Below the pieces are notes generated by a model that was given only the letters and a program-made list of their open reading frames with translations, ran no database searches and had not been told where the DNA came from. The position numbers were made by a program, and so were the translations under genes. 64,000 nt of DNA from Octopus vulgaris (lineage: Eukaryota): NCBI GenBank assembly GCA_951406725.2, contig OX597827.1, positions 70,370,001-70,434,000 on the forward strand. The letters are read 5' to 3'. Of this stretch, positions 1 to 13,019 are shown piece by piece (position 1 is the stretch's first letter; the number at the start of each line of letters is the position of its first letter).

Positions 1-144
1 GGTGGTGGTGGTAGTGCTTGTGATTGTGGCTGTGTTGTTGTTGTAGTGGTGGTAGTGACATGGTGATGGTGGTGGTGGGATACTAGTCGTAAAGGTGAGG
101 GTGGTGATGATGGTGGTACTGGTGCTAGTATTTGTAGTAGTAGT

Positions 145-209
<65 letters not shown>

Positions 210-470
210 CAGCGGTAGTAGTAGTAGTAGTAGCAGCAGCAGCAGCGGTAGTAGTAGTAGCAGCGGTAGTAGTAGTAGTAGTAGTTGTAGAGGTACTGTT
301 GATAGTAACAGAGAGAAAGAAGGTGAAAAGGAGAAAAAAGATGAAAGCAAAAGAGAGAGAGAGAGAGGGAGAGAAAGAGAGGAAAAGAGCAGAGGGTGAG
401 AGAGAGAGTGGGGAGAAAAAACAGGGAGAGAGAGGGAGAGAGAGAGAGAGAGAGGGAGAGGGAGAGAGAG
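1..470. repeat. Compound microsatellite (GGT/GTA/GCA)n followed by a GA-rich tract
   Basis: Simple repeats are directly visible. Confidence 0.95.
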
Positions 471-593
471 AATTGTAAAACATTAGGATCAAATATTGAT
501 TGATTTCGCAAGCAGTCAAGTGCAGCAGACTACAGAGAAAGATGCACTTTCAATAGTTTTCGGTGCTGTTCATTTCTTCAGTTCTGCTGAACA

Positions 594-1668
594 CTGTATT
601 ACCACTGCAGTGTCATACTAACATTCCTTCTATTGTGCTATCACTCTGGTGTCATACTAACATTCATAGCCCTGTATAACAACCGCAGTGTCATACTGAC
701 ATTCCTACCACTGTAACACAGTGTTACCATTGCAGTGTTATACTAACATTCACTCTATTGTATTACCACTGCAGTGTCATACTAACATTTCTACCCTTGT
801 ATTACCACTGCAGTGTCATACTAACATTTCTACCCTTGTATTACCACTGCAGTGTCATACTAACATTTCTACCCTTGTATTACCACTGCAGTGTCATACT
901 AACATTCATAGCATTGTATTACCACTGCAGTGTCATACTAACATTTCTACCCTTGTATTACCACTGCAGTGTCATACTAACATTTCTACCCTTGTATTAC
1001 CACTGCAGTGTCATACTAACATTCATAGCATTGTATTACCACTGCAGCGTCATACTAACATTTCTACCCTTGTATTACCACTGCAGTGTCATACTAACAT
1101 TCACTCTATTGTATTACAACTGTAGTGTCATACTGACATTCCTACGACTGTATGACTACGGCAGTGTCATAATAACATTCCTACCCTTGTATTACCACTG
1201 TAGTGCCATACTAACATTCATTACACTGTATTACAACTGCAGTGTCATATTGATATTCCTACAGTTGGTATTACCGCTGCACTGTCATGCTAACATTCAC
1301 TCTACTGTATTACCATTGTAGTGTCGTACTAACATTTATAGCTCTGTATTATAACTGCAGTGTCATACTTATATTCCCACCATTGTATTATTACTGCAGT
1401 GTCATTCTATTGGCCTCACCAGCCACCTCCGGTCTCATGGCGGCAGTTCCACCAGATGATGTCAGTGGTCATCTTCGAACCCGAAGGACGAACATTCTAT
1501 TGTATTACAGCTGCAGTGACATACTGACATTCCTATGACTGTATTATTACTGTAGTGTCATAATACCATTCCTACCATTGTAATACCATTGTAATACCAT
1601 TGTAGTGTCATACTAACATTCATAGCACTGTATTACAACTGCAGTGTCATACCAAACATTCACTCTAT
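594..1668 (+). repeat. Minisatellite, ~39-bp unit (tgtattaccactgcagtgtcatactaacatttctaccct)
   Basis: More than 20 tandem copies; translates as the 13-aa repeat VLPLQCHTNISTL. Confidence 0.95.
1413..1492 (+). mobile_element. Very short 5'-truncated RTE-type LINE 3' end inserted in the minisatellite
   Basis: Encodes (IG)LTSHLRSH, resembling the RTE C-terminal Zn-finger end, then gtcatcttcgaacccgaaggacgaa. Flanked by the direct repeat cattctattg at 1403-1412 and 1493-1502. Confidence 0.7.
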
Positions 1669-1913
1669 AGAAAGCACGATTTATTCATGATCATTGTTGT
1701 TCTTAATCAGTTATCAACCGAAATACTAATACCCACGAAACTGTATATTAGTATTTCGGTCAATAACTGATGAAGAATTAGGATCCTTCTGTGTCTGGCT
1801 TATGTGTATGTCTTTTAGTATTCAATGCATTTTTCATTTATTGTGTAACTGAATGCCACACATCCTGACTTTTGTTAACAGTAAATTTATGTGTGTGTGT
1901 GTATATATATATA

Positions 1914-2165
1914 TCATCATCATCATCATCTTTGTTTAACGTTCGTTTTCCATGCTAGCATGGGTTGGACGGTTCGACCTGGGTCTGGGAAGCCAGGAGG
2001 CTGCACCAGACTACAGTCTGATCTGGCAGTGTTTCTACAGCTGGATGCCCTTCCTAATGCCAACCACTCCATGAGTGTAGTGGGTGCTTTTTACATGCCA
2101 CCTGCACAGGTGCCAGACAAGGCTGGCAAACAGCCACGATCGGATGGTGCTTTTTACGTGCCACC
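1914..2165 (-). mobile_element. RTE-3'UTR-related SINE/LINE tail (family C)
   Basis: (cat)n tail plus ttccatgctagcatgggttggac...ctggatgcccttcctaatgccaaccactcc. Homologues at 16450, 20978, 44403, 53534, 57412, 60258 and 60975. Confidence 0.85.
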
Positions 2166-2654
2166 ATAAATAATATATAGATATATGCATATATATATAC
2201 ATATATGTACATACCTACATATTTATGTATATATACATGCATATATGGACATCAAAAAACGTTGAATACAATGAGAAACGAAAACATAAAAACAAAACAT
2301 AGAAACAAACTTGTTTTGGGACAACGAAAGAAAACAGAGAAACGAGACATACAACATAAAGAATATTCCCCTTCTTCAGTTGTCCCTGTTTTATCCACTC
2401 CGCCTTTATACATATATATGATGGATTCTCTTGTCACGAATGACAAATGAGGATTCAGGAAAATAAGCGGTAATCATATTCTGGTGCCTTGCAAGCGTTT
2501 TGGTAAATGGAACAAGTTGAGGACTCGATTTGCTTGAGTGCTTGTGGATCATTTACAATGTGTTTTCTTGAGTGAATGGTATGACCTGCTTTGCTTCGTT
2601 GCCACAAAACCCACAATGACAGGTAAAGGTTTCCATTTAGAGGAGCAGCGTTTA

Positions 2655-2890
2655 GATAGACAGACAGACAGGTGGATAGATAGACAGACTGACTGACTGA
2701 CAGACAGACAGACAGATAGACAGACAGACAGGCAGACTGACTGACAGACAAGCAGACAGACAGACTGACAGACAGATAGACTGACAGAGAGACAGATAGA
2801 CAGACAGACATGTGGGTAGATAGACAGACAGACTGACAGACAGATAGACAGACTGACAAACAGACAGACAGACAGACAGATAGATAGATG
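2655..2890. repeat. (GACA/GATA)n microsatellite
   Basis: Directly visible. Confidence 0.95.
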
Positions 2891-2958
2891 TGTGTTGATG
2901 AATGTATAACCATGACTATCCCATGTATATTGACTCACATACACACAAGTACATACAC

Positions 2959-3012
<54 letters not shown>

Positions 3013-3172
3013 TTAGTGTGTGTGTGTGTATCAATATCTGTGTGGGATGGTAATAGCTGCCCAAAACTAATTGATTTATTGTGTTTGGTCCGGCTACTTC
3101 CGTGTTTGTAGCTCTCTGTATGTGTCTGTCCGATGATCAAATTGAGTTGACAGGCTGACTTACTCAACAGGC

Positions 3173-3505
3173 AACACCACCACCACCACCACCGCCACCA
3201 CCACCACCACCACCACCACCACCACCACCACCACCACCACCACCACCGCCACCACCACCACAACCACCACCACCACCACCACCACCACCACCACCACCAC
3301 CACAACCACCGCCGCCACCACAACCACCACCACCACCACCACCACCACCACCGCCACCACCACCACAACCACCGCCACCACCACCACCACCACCACCACC
3401 ACCACCACCACCACCACCACCGCCACCACCACCGCCACCACCACCACCACCACCACCTTCGGACATCGACAAAACAATAACCACAACAACCACCACCACA
3501 ACAAC
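3173..3505. repeat. (CAC)n microsatellite
   Basis: Directly visible. Confidence 0.95.
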
Positions 3506-3929
3506 AGCACAAACAAAAGAAAGAAAAGAGGAGAAAGATGTTGGACGATGCAAGAAGAAAGGAGTTGTACCTCAAATTAACCATCAAATATTTTGATACA
3601 CAATCAAACATCCCTCATTAACATGTGATTAATGATTCCTGATAATGATCTCCTTCAACAAGTCTAAAAATAACCATCGGCTCCCTTCTTCCCTCCCTCC
3701 CTCTCTCTCTCTCTCTCGTCTTCTCTTTCCTGCTCTCCCTCTCCTCTTTCTCTCTCTCTCTTCGTTCTCTCCTCTTTCTTTCTTTCTATGGTTCTCTGTC
3801 CTTTTACTTTCACTTTGGTAGAAAATATCTGTACAAAGAGAGAGGGGGAGGGAGAGGAAGAGGAGCAGGAAAGTGAGGGAGAGGGAGGAGAGAGGAGGAG
3901 GAGGAAAAGAGAGGGGTTATGGAAAGAGA

Positions 3930-4280
3930 GAGATAGAGAGAGCATGGCAGAAAGGGCTGGTCGAAAGAGAGAGAGAGAGACAGGGAGAGCTTGGCAGAAA
4001 GGGGTGAGGGAAAGAGGTAGGGAGAGCATGGCAGAGAGGGGGGAAGGAAAGAGGGGGAGAGCATGGCAGAGAGAGGTGAGAGAAAGAGGTAGGGAGAGCA
4101 TGGCAGAGAGGGCGGAAGGAAAGAGAGAGAGAGAGCATGGCAGAGAGGGGTGAGGGAAAGAGAGAGGGAGAGCATGGCAGAGAAGGGTGAGGGAAAGAGA
4201 GGGGGAGAGCATGGCAGAGAGGGGTGAGGGAAAGAGAGAGGGAGAGCATGGCAGAGAGGGGGGAAGGAAAAAGAAAGGGA
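3930..4280 (+). repeat. Purine-rich minisatellite, ~38-bp unit (gagagcatggcagagaggggtgagggaaagaga...)
   Basis: About 8 tandem copies of gagagcatggcagaga. Confidence 0.85.
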
Positions 4281-4605
4281 CAGATGAAGAGACACGGAGT
4301 GAGAAGGTGGAGGGGGTTGGTTGGAAGGTTAGGTGAGAGGCTGGAGGATAGACTGGCCAGTGTGTGTATTGGACATATAAGGGTCTGGACTGAGAGAGGG
4401 ATACTGTAAAGACAACTGGACAGGTTATGGCAATTTCCTAAGGTGTGTGTGTGGGGGGGTCCTTCTCCCTGACTCTGGTCCCTTGTTTTCCTTCAGTTCT
4501 TGCAGTTATTTTGCTAAGTTTAAGAAATAACTCTACAGAAGGGGGAAGAAGAGGGAGAGGAGGAGGAGGGAGGAAGTAGAGTATGAAGAAAAGGGAAGAA
4601 GAAAA

Positions 4606-4606
<1 letters not shown>

Positions 4607-4678
<72 letters not shown>

Positions 4679-4699
4679 ATGGTGGTGGTGGTGATAGTG

Positions 4700-4759
<60 letters not shown>

Positions 4760-4892
4760 ATGGTTGTGGTGGTAGTGGTGGTGGGTGGTAGTAGTAGCAG
4801 TAGTAATGGTGCTGGTGGGAATGGTAGTAGTGGTGGTGGGGATAATGGTACTAGTGGTGGTGTTGGTAGTTGTGGTGGTGGTGGTGGTGGTG
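4607..4892. repeat. (GTA/GTG)n microsatellite
   Basis: Directly visible. Confidence 0.95.
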
Positions 4893-5389
4893 ATAGTTCC
4901 ATGGTGAAATATGAAGAGACAAAGAATGGTAAATGAATCCTTCGAAAAACAAGAGCATTTGTTTTGCAAGAAGTGGGTATCTCCATTTTAAAGGTTAATT
5001 AACTTAATTAGCTTAGAAATAACGATTCAAATTTGTCTCGTATTGTTCCTTACAAGAAACCAATGAATGGATATGTCTTTGTCAGTTTTGATTTCTCTCA
5101 AAATGAAACATCAATAATGGGTGAAGGTGTGGCTGTGTGGTAAGTAGCTTGCTTATGAACCATATGGTTCCAGGTTCAGTTCAACCGTGTGCCACCCTGT
5201 ACAAGTGTCTTCCTCTTTAGCTTTGTTCCTTCTTGAGCCATGCCTGGCTCATAAAGGCTGGTTTCATTAGGCTGGTATTAGACACTTTCTCAAAGTATTC
5301 TGCAATGGGACTGAATACCCTACCACATCACTGAAAAGCAAGCTTCTTCACTGCACACAAATGCCTGCACCTTACCATAACAATAATAA

Positions 5390-5765
5390 TAACAAAAGCA
5401 CTCAGAGATCGCAAACTTCTACCAAGGCAACACCAATGTCCTCTCAACGATTAGCCAGAGATGATTTTTAAAATGAGAATATCTGAAATTAACTTGACTG
5501 CTCTCACAAACGAGAATACTAAAAATGAACCTGACCGCTCTCAAGAATTAAGTAAACAAACAGGAAAAATAATCTAGAATCTTGATCCAGTACCCAATCA
5601 ATCCCAAAATCTAATCAGTTCATGCCAGTCATGAGGCCAAACATCCCTGAAAGTTTCATCTGAATCCATCCAGCAGTTCTTGAGATATCTTGTCTATGGA
5701 CAAACAAACAAACAAACAAACACAACTGAAAACAATGCCCCCGCCTTCGCTAGGGCGGAGGTAAT
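5390..5765 (+). mobile_element. Helentron/HINE (DINE-1-like) non-autonomous element
   Basis: Internal (caaa)n microsatellite, an aagtttcat...aatccatccagcagttcttgagatat core, and a 3' GC stem-loop ccgccttcgctagggcgg followed by aggtaa. Confidence 0.55.
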
Positions 5766-6400
5766 AATGGTTTCAAGTTTTACCACAAGAGCAGCTATTT
5801 TGGGAGAAGGGATGAGTCAATTACATAAACCCCCAGTGTTCAACTGGTACTTATTTTATCGACCCCGAAAGGATGAAAGGCAAAATAGACCTCGGTGGAA
5901 GTTGAACTCAGAACGTAGTAACAGACAAAATACCACTAAGCATTTCTCCCAGTGTCCTAACAATTCTGCCAGCTCACTGCCTTCAATAACAATAATAATA
6001 ATAACGATGATGATGATGATGATGCAAGCTGGCAGAAACGTTAGCACGCCGGGTGAAATGCTTAGCGGTATTTTGTCTGCCACTAGGTTCTGAGTTCAAA
6101 TTTTGCCAAGGTCGACTTTGCTTTCATCCTTTCAGGGGCGATTAAATAAGTACCAGTTACACATTGGGGTCGATGTAATCAACTTAATCCGTTTGTCTGC
6201 CCTTGTTTATCCCCTCTGTGTTTAGCCCCTTGTGGGTAGTAAAGAAATAGGTATTTCATCCATCTTTACATTCTAAGTTCAAATTCCACCGAGGTCAATT
6301 TTGCCTTTCAACTTTTCGGGGGGTCGATAAATTAAGTACCAGTTGCATACTGACTCGATCTAATTAACTGGTGCCCTCCCCACAAAAATTCCGGGCCTTG
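5765..6400. mobile_element. Family A tRNA-SINEs (Nin/Deu-like central domain): one minus copy followed by a plus tandem copy
   Basis: Core gagttcaaattccgccgaggtcgactttgcctttcatcctttcggggtcgataaattaagtaccag, repeated in dozens of copies across the window. Confidence 0.9.
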
Positions 6401-6668
6401 TGTCTAACACACGTGGACATGCCTACAAAGTCAGAAAACAACACAGCTCCCATGACTTTCGGAAACATTTTTTCACGCTCAGGGTTGCTGAAGCATGGAA
6501 TAAACTGCCTGCGTCAGTTGTTGACTGCCATGACACTGCATCCTTTAAGGCCCTCATGCTTTCCGAAATCCGCCGAAACTACACCTGATTATATATACAC
6601 TTTAGATGAGTTGTAGTACACCTGAGCACTGTACACAATGTTTTTATTATTATTATTATTATTATTAT
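6400..6668 (+). mobile_element. CR1/L2-group LINE 3' end, 5'-truncated, with (tta)n tail
   Basis: TRGHAYKVRKQH...RKHFFTLRVAEAWNKLP is a typical CR1/L2 ORF2 C-terminus. Confidence 0.85.
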
Positions 6669-6954
6669 AACAACAACAACAACAACAATAATAACAACAA
6701 TAATAGTAATAACAATCCTTTCTACTGGAGGCACAAGGCCTCAAATTTGGGTGGAGGGAACTAGTCGATTACATTGACCCCAGCACTTGACTGATACTTA
6801 TTTTATCAACCCTGAAAGGATGAAAGGCAAAGTCAACCTCAGTAGGATTTTAACTCAGAATGTAGCGACAGACGAAATACTGCTAAACGTTTCGTCCAGC
6901 ATGCTAACGATTCTGCCAGCTCACCACCTTAATAATAATTATGATAATAAAAAT

Positions 6955-7267
6955 TTATTTATTTATTTATGTGCCCTTTTCAAGCCTAGCCTGGCTCATG
7001 GGACTGGATTCCCGGATTCTATGGCGTATGTGTTCCCCCCAGCTGGACAGGACACCAGCATTACTAAAGAAACAGGAAGAAAGAGTGAAAGAAAGTTGGG
7101 GCGAAAAGGTACAACAGGGGTTGCCACCCACCCAGCCCCTGCCAGAGCCTCGTGGAGCTTTTAGGTGTTTTCACTCAATAAACACACACAACGCCCAGTC
7201 TGGGAATCGAAACCGTGATCCTCTGACCGCGAGTCTGCTGCCTAACCACTGGGCCATTGCATCTCCA
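6955..7267 (-). mobile_element. tRNA-derived SINE
   Basis: On the minus strand: A-box-like tggcccagtgg, B-box-like ggtttcgattcc, and (taaa)n tail. Confidence 0.7.
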
Positions 7268-7284
7268 CGATAATAATGATAATA

Positions 7285-7690
7285 ATGAGGAGTGGCTGTG
7301 TGGTAAGTAGCTTGCTAACCAGCCACATGGTTCCGGGTTCAGTCCCACTGCGTGGCACCTCGGGCAAGTGTCTTCTACTATAGCCTCGGGCCGACCAAAG
7401 CCTTGTGAGTGGATTTGGTAGACGGAAACTGAAAGAAGCCTGTCGTATATATGTATATATATAATATATACGTGTGTATGTTTGTGTGTCTGTTTGTCCC
7501 CCTAGCATTGCTTGACAACCAATGCTGGTGTGTTTATGTCCCCGTTACTTAGCGGTTCGGCAAAAGAGACCGATAGAATAAGTACTGGGCTTACAAAGAA
7601 TAAGTCCCGGGGTCGATTTGCTCGACTAAAGGTGGTGCTCCAGCATGGCCGCAGTCAAATGACTGAAACAAGTAAAAGAGTAAAAGAGTA
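7285..7690 (+). mobile_element. Family B tRNA-SINE, full length
   Basis: Head ggagtggctgtgtggtaagtagcttgc...ccgggttcagtccc; tail tgactgaaacaagtaaaagagtaaaagagt. Copies at 8417-8850, 45023-45415, 46069-46445 (-) and 62100-62480, with decayed copies at 50735, 55343 and 58950. Confidence 0.9.
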
Positions 7691-8206
7691 ACCGTCTAAC
7701 CCATGCCAGCATGGAAAGCAGACGTTAAATGATGCTGCTGATGATGATGATGAAATAAATAAATATAATCGTATTAACAATAAATCTTCTCAAACGTTTA
7801 GACATAAAACAAAAACAAAACAAATAAAAAAACCTGATATAAATTGGCATGAAAAATAAAAAAAACGTAACGGAAGCCCACAATGTTCCGTTCACCAACA
7901 TAACGAGTCAGGGTGATTATAACGAAACAAGCAGAGAAACGAAGATATTATTCTGACATTGCTATTGATTGGAAGATTTCATGTTATTTTATTGTATCCA
8001 TTCTTTTATTTGGAAACTGGTACAACGAGACAGACCAGCACAGAGGAGACGGAGTAGACGGGACGGTTGGCTGGTGTGGTTCTGCGATTCTGAGGGAGCC
8101 TTATCCCTCTCTGCTAGCAGTGGGAAAGGATTACCGTTATTTATAAATCTCTCTAAGTTCTTGTATACTGTCCTGTTACTTAAAAGTACATCCTGTACAA
8201 CACATG

Positions 8207-8237
<31 letters not shown>

Positions 8238-8238
8238 C

Positions 8239-8318
<80 letters not shown>

Positions 8319-8381
8319 ATCTATCTATCTATATTTCTATCTGTATCTCTACATATCTATCTATCTGTCTATCTGCATGTC

Positions 8382-8418
<37 letters not shown>
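8207..8418. repeat. (TATC)n and (TA)n microsatellites
   Basis: Directly visible. Confidence 0.95.
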
Positions 8419-8420
<2 letters not shown>

Positions 8421-8586
8421 CAGGAGTGGCTGTGTGGTAAGTAGCTTGTTTACCAACCACATGGTTCCGGGTTCAGTCCCACTTCGTGGGACTTTGGGCA
8501 AGTGTATTCTACTATAGTCTTGGGCCGACCAAAGCCTTGTGAGTGGATTTGGTAGACGGAAACTGAAAAGAAGCCTGTCATATATA

Positions 8587-8647
<61 letters not shown>

Positions 8648-8846
8648 CTGTGTTTGTCCCTCCAACATCACTTGACAACTGATGCTGGTGTGTTTACGTC
8701 CCCGTAACTTAGCGGTTTGGCAAAAGAGACCAATAGAATAAGTACTAGGCTTACAAAGAATAACTACTGGGGTCAATTTGCTCGACTAAAGGTGGTGCTC
8801 CAGCATGGTCGCAGTCAAATGACTGAAAAAAGTAAAAGAGTAAAGA

Positions 8847-8850
<4 letters not shown>
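8417..8850 (+). mobile_element. Family B tRNA-SINE
   Basis: Near-identical to 7285-7690. Confidence 0.9.
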
Positions 8851-8897
<47 letters not shown>

Positions 8898-9509
8898 TGT
8901 ATGTATATCTGTCTATCTATCGATCTATATATATGTATATATCAACATCATCATCATCATCATCATCATCATCATTATCATCATCTTTTAACGTCTGTTT
9001 TCCATGCTGGTTTCAGATTGGATAGTTTAACAGGATCTGATGAACTACAAATCTGTGTTGATGTCAGCGTTGGCATGGTTTCCATTGCTGGATTCACTTC
9101 CTAACACCATTCATTTTACAGTGTATAGTGGGTACTTTTATTTTTTCAGGGTACCCTCACTAGCAAGGTCGCCAAGTTACTTGCAAGGCAAGAGAAGAAA
9201 GGTAATAAAAGACCCCTTGTCAGAGTGGGAATGTATATGGGAGACGAGGTTGTGGTTTTATGCCAGGCTTTGTGAGGCTAAAAGTATGACAAAGAGACGT
9301 GCACAGGTCTCTTGGTAAAAAAGAAGATACATGGCTACCCTGCATTTTATAAGGGTGGGTAGAAGAAGCATGAAAGAAGATAGAGATCATGACAAGATGT
9401 CAGAGTAACTCAGGGTACAAAAGAAAACATGGGTAGTGGATCAAGGAGGTGGGGGAGGAGAGGCTGGGTAATTTCATACAGGTGTGAGAAGAGGGTGATA
9501 GATGAGGAG

Positions 9510-9965
9510 AAGGTGGTGAGCTGGCAGAATCATTAGCATGCTGGGTGAAATGCTTAGCGGTATTTTGGCTGCCACTACGTTCTGAGTTCAAATACCGTCA
9601 AGGTCGTCTTTACCTTTCATCCTTTCGGGGTCGATTAAATACGTACCACTTATGCATTGGGGTCAATATAATTGACTTAATCCGTTTGTCTGTCCTTGTT
9701 TGTCCCCTCTATGTTTAGCCCCTTGTGGGTAGTAAAGAAATAGGTATTTTGTCTGCCGTTACGTTCTGAGTTCAAATTCCACCGAGGTTGACTTTGCCGT
9801 TCATCCTTTCGGGGTCGATTAAATAAGTACCAGTTACGCACTGGGGTCGATGTAATTGACTCAATACCTTTGTCTCTCCTTGTTTGTCCTCTCTGTGTGG
9901 GACAAATAACTTAATCCCTTTGTTTGTCCCCACTATGTTTAGCCCCTTGTAGGCAATAAAGAATT
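9510..9965 (+). mobile_element. Family A SINE with internal tandem duplication
   Basis: Nin-like core present twice. Confidence 0.85.
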
Positions 9966-10312
9966 ATGATGAGCAGATGGGGGAAGGGATAGGAATGAAT
10001 GTAGTGAGTGAGGAGCTAAGGTGGATGGGAAATATCAGTACAGAGTGTGGTGAGGGGAAGGTTAAAGTAAAGCGAGAGAGTTAAGAGTTGGTTCAGTAAG
10101 GAGGATAGATGAGAAAATAAGGGGAGATGCGCAAAGTGATGCACAGTGACAAAGATACAAGTCAGAGGTACATAGGGATGGCTACAGTGAGTGGGCTTGA
10201 CTATGGCTTCTCTTATACAAATGTCTTTGACAAGGCACAAGTGTTGCTGTGTGGTTAAGAAGTTTGCTTCCCCAACCATGTGGTCTTGGGTTCAGTCCCA
10301 TTGCAAGTCATA

Positions 10313-10375
10313 CATCATCACCATCATCATCATCACCATCATCACCACCATCATCATCACCATCATCACCACCAC

Positions 10376-10407
<32 letters not shown>

Positions 10408-10505
10408 CCATCATCATCATCACCATCATCACCACCATCATCATCATCACCATCATCACCACCATCATCATCACCATCATCACCACCATCATCATCATCA
10501 CCATC

Positions 10506-10584
<79 letters not shown>

Positions 10585-10679
10585 CCATCACCACCATCAT
10601 CATCACCATCATCACCACCATCATCATCATCACCATCATCACCACCACCATCATCATCATCATCACCATCATCATCATT
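10313..10679. repeat. (CAT/CAC)n microsatellite
   Basis: Directly visible; source of the poly-H/M/D/S ORFs. Confidence 0.95.
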
Positions 10680-11060
10680 TAAAGTCCGTTTTCCATGCAG
10701 GCATGGGTCGGACAGTTTGACAGGAGCCAACCAGCTGAAGGGTCGTTCAGGCTCCCTGTCTGTTTTGGCTGGATGCCCTTCCTACCACCAACAACTTTAC
10801 AGAGTGTACTCAGTGCTTTTACGCAGCACCAACACAGGGGCTTTTTACATGGCACCAACCCCTACTTTCCCACGAGATTAGGGATGCTCAGCTGAAGAGG
10901 GTTGCAGGGGATGATCCTGTATGCAAGGACAACCACACTTTAACTTAGCTTGACACGTCTTTTCAAGCACAGCGAACCACCAGGAGTCTCGGACCCCTGT
11001 CATCCCTTCTGTCAGTCCCAAAGTCTGTAGATCCTTTATCACCACTTCAGACAAAATGAT
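10680..11060 (-). mobile_element. RTE LINE 3' end (ORF C-terminus plus 3'UTR)
   Basis: Minus-strand translation EVVIKDLQTLGLTEGMTGVRDSWWFAVLEKTCQAK, followed by a family-C-like UTR and (gat)n tail. Confidence 0.7.
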
Positions 11061-11109
11061 ATCCCACCATTGGTTTATAGTTTTCTCATCAATGTTTACG
11101 TCCTTTTCC

Positions 11110-11302
11110 TGGTCCTTCCTTTCCAGAACATTGTCCCCCTGGAACTCCTTTCATGCTCATGTCTTTCCTGCTGATATTAACTTCCAAAGGTTCAAGCAGA
11201 ACATTAATGGCATCAATGTCACTGGTTTAGAAGGGCCTCAAAGGGCATGGGACCTGCCCCTTCTTCTAGTCTTTTATGAACCATAATCTGAATAAATAAA
11301 AG
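11110..11302 (+). mobile_element. Jockey/CR1-like LINE 3' end remnant
   Basis: SRTLSPWNSFHAHVFPADINFQRFKQNIN followed by aataaataaaa. Confidence 0.6.
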
Positions 11303-11343
11303 TGTGTGTGTGTGTATGTACTTATGTATGTATAAATGTACTC

Positions 11344-11381
<38 letters not shown>

Positions 11382-11995
11382 ATGTATATATATATACACA
11401 CACATATACATATATATGTATGTATACATATATAAAGGTATGCATGTATGTATATATATATATATGTATGTATTTGTATATGAATGTTATAGGCGTGTAT
11501 GTATATATGTATACATGTTTATGTTATGTGCATATAAGGAAATATGTATATATATAGAATATATGTGTGCATGTGCACGTGTGTGTATGTGCATGTATAC
11601 CTGTGAGTGTATACATCTGCATGTATATGCACTTACGCATACACACACACACACACTCATGAATATACACATAGCTTTGCCCACAGAAAACAAGCTAAAA
11701 CGAAACACTTGACAACAATACATAAAAGACCACCACCACCAATAACACCACCAGCACATCAAGATCACCACCATCCATACCATTTACACCCCATCTCTTC
11801 TCCATCCTAACCCCCTCCCCGGTATCCTTACTTCCACAGTCCATTCCTACTTGCACCCTATCCCACCCCCCAATCTGACTCCGTAGTGAAACATGCCAAG
11901 TATTGAGCAGTTCTTAGCTGAAATCTTTTTATAAAGCCTGATTGATTTGTGGTCGAGTGAGACTGAGCTTTGTACAGTCTTGCAGAATCACCGTG

Positions 11996-12022
11996 GTGTG
12001 TGTGTGTACATGTGTATGCATG

Positions 12023-12064
<42 letters not shown>

Positions 12065-12612
12065 GTATGTGTGTGTTGTGAATGTACGTGTGTATGTGTA
12101 TGTATGTACATGTGTGTTCCTATATAGGTGTGTATGCACGTATGCATGTATGTATGTCTGTGTGTACATGTGTATGTATGTATGAATGTATGTATGTATG
12201 CTTATATGCATGTATGTATGTATATATGTATGTGTGTGCATGTATGTATGTATATGTGTGTATATGTATGTATCTGTATACATTTAATGTGCATGCATGT
12301 ATGTGTGCATGTATGTATGTGTGCATGTATGTATGTGTGCATGTATGTATGTGTGCATGCATGTATGTGTGCATGCATGCATGTGTGCATGTATGTACGT
12401 GTGGTATGTGTGTGTATTTTCCTGTGCACAAGTGCTTGCATATGCATATGTATGTGTGTGTGTGCATGTATGAATGTGCATATATGTTCATTTTCCTGCG
12501 TGTGTATGTATGTATGTACATATATATGTATATGTGTATATATATATGTGCGTATATATATATATAAGTCAAATATACATATATATGTGTGTGTGTGTGT
12601 GTGTGTATGTAT
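11996..12612. repeat. (TG/TATG/CATG)n low-complexity tract
   Basis: Directly visible. Confidence 0.9.
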
Positions 12613-12646
12613 AATCATAATAAGCAACAAGGATATCCAGAGGTAA

Positions 12647-12733
12647 TGCAGTACGATCGTTTCATGCGACTCCATTTAATTGAACAATGCAAGTATTACA
12701 TCAATTCAGAATGTAGAGCAATCTTCAGCTGCA
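12647..12733 (-). ncRNA. Type I hammerhead ribozyme motif (Penelope-like element type)
   Basis: Minus strand: TGCAG-CTGAAGA-T-TGC..long stem II..GCA-T-GAAA-CGATCG-TA-CTGCA. Stem I is TGCAG/CTGCA and the catalytic core is complete. Confidence 0.75.
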
Positions 12734-13019
12734 CAAAGATATAGAATTTAGTTAAATTCGAAGAACTCATTTGTATAATTTTTTTATCCAAAATCACCAA
12801 GAGGATAAGGAGATAGACAAAAAACATGTTTTACCAACAACATCACAGTTGTAACTGAGATTTTTTCAAAAAAGACACTGCTTTTCATTGATTATTTCTG
12901 TTATTTAGATATTTTGCCTGATCTATAAAGGATACTACACTTGGTCTTATCTTAGATTTGATAAACTAGCCTGTAAATTAAAACTGGACCCCCCTCCCCC
13001 TCATTAGTAAATCTCAGTT

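Noticed and set aside
721-1321. Repetitive ORFs (VLPLQCHTNISTL)n
   Set aside because: The 39-bp minisatellite is open in several frames, and a LINE fragment is inserted in the array.
2420-2652. Minus-strand frame (..WQRSKAGHTIHSRKH..TCSIYQNACK..) as a host exon
   Set aside because: No splice signals or recognisable homology; more likely a decayed TE zinc-finger remnant between microsatellites.
95-4986. Poly-V/W/G/T/Y and LSLS ORFs
   Set aside because: Translations of microsatellites with no domain content.
10191-10881. Poly-His/Met/Asp/Ser ORFs
   Set aside because: (CAT/CAC)n microsatellite.
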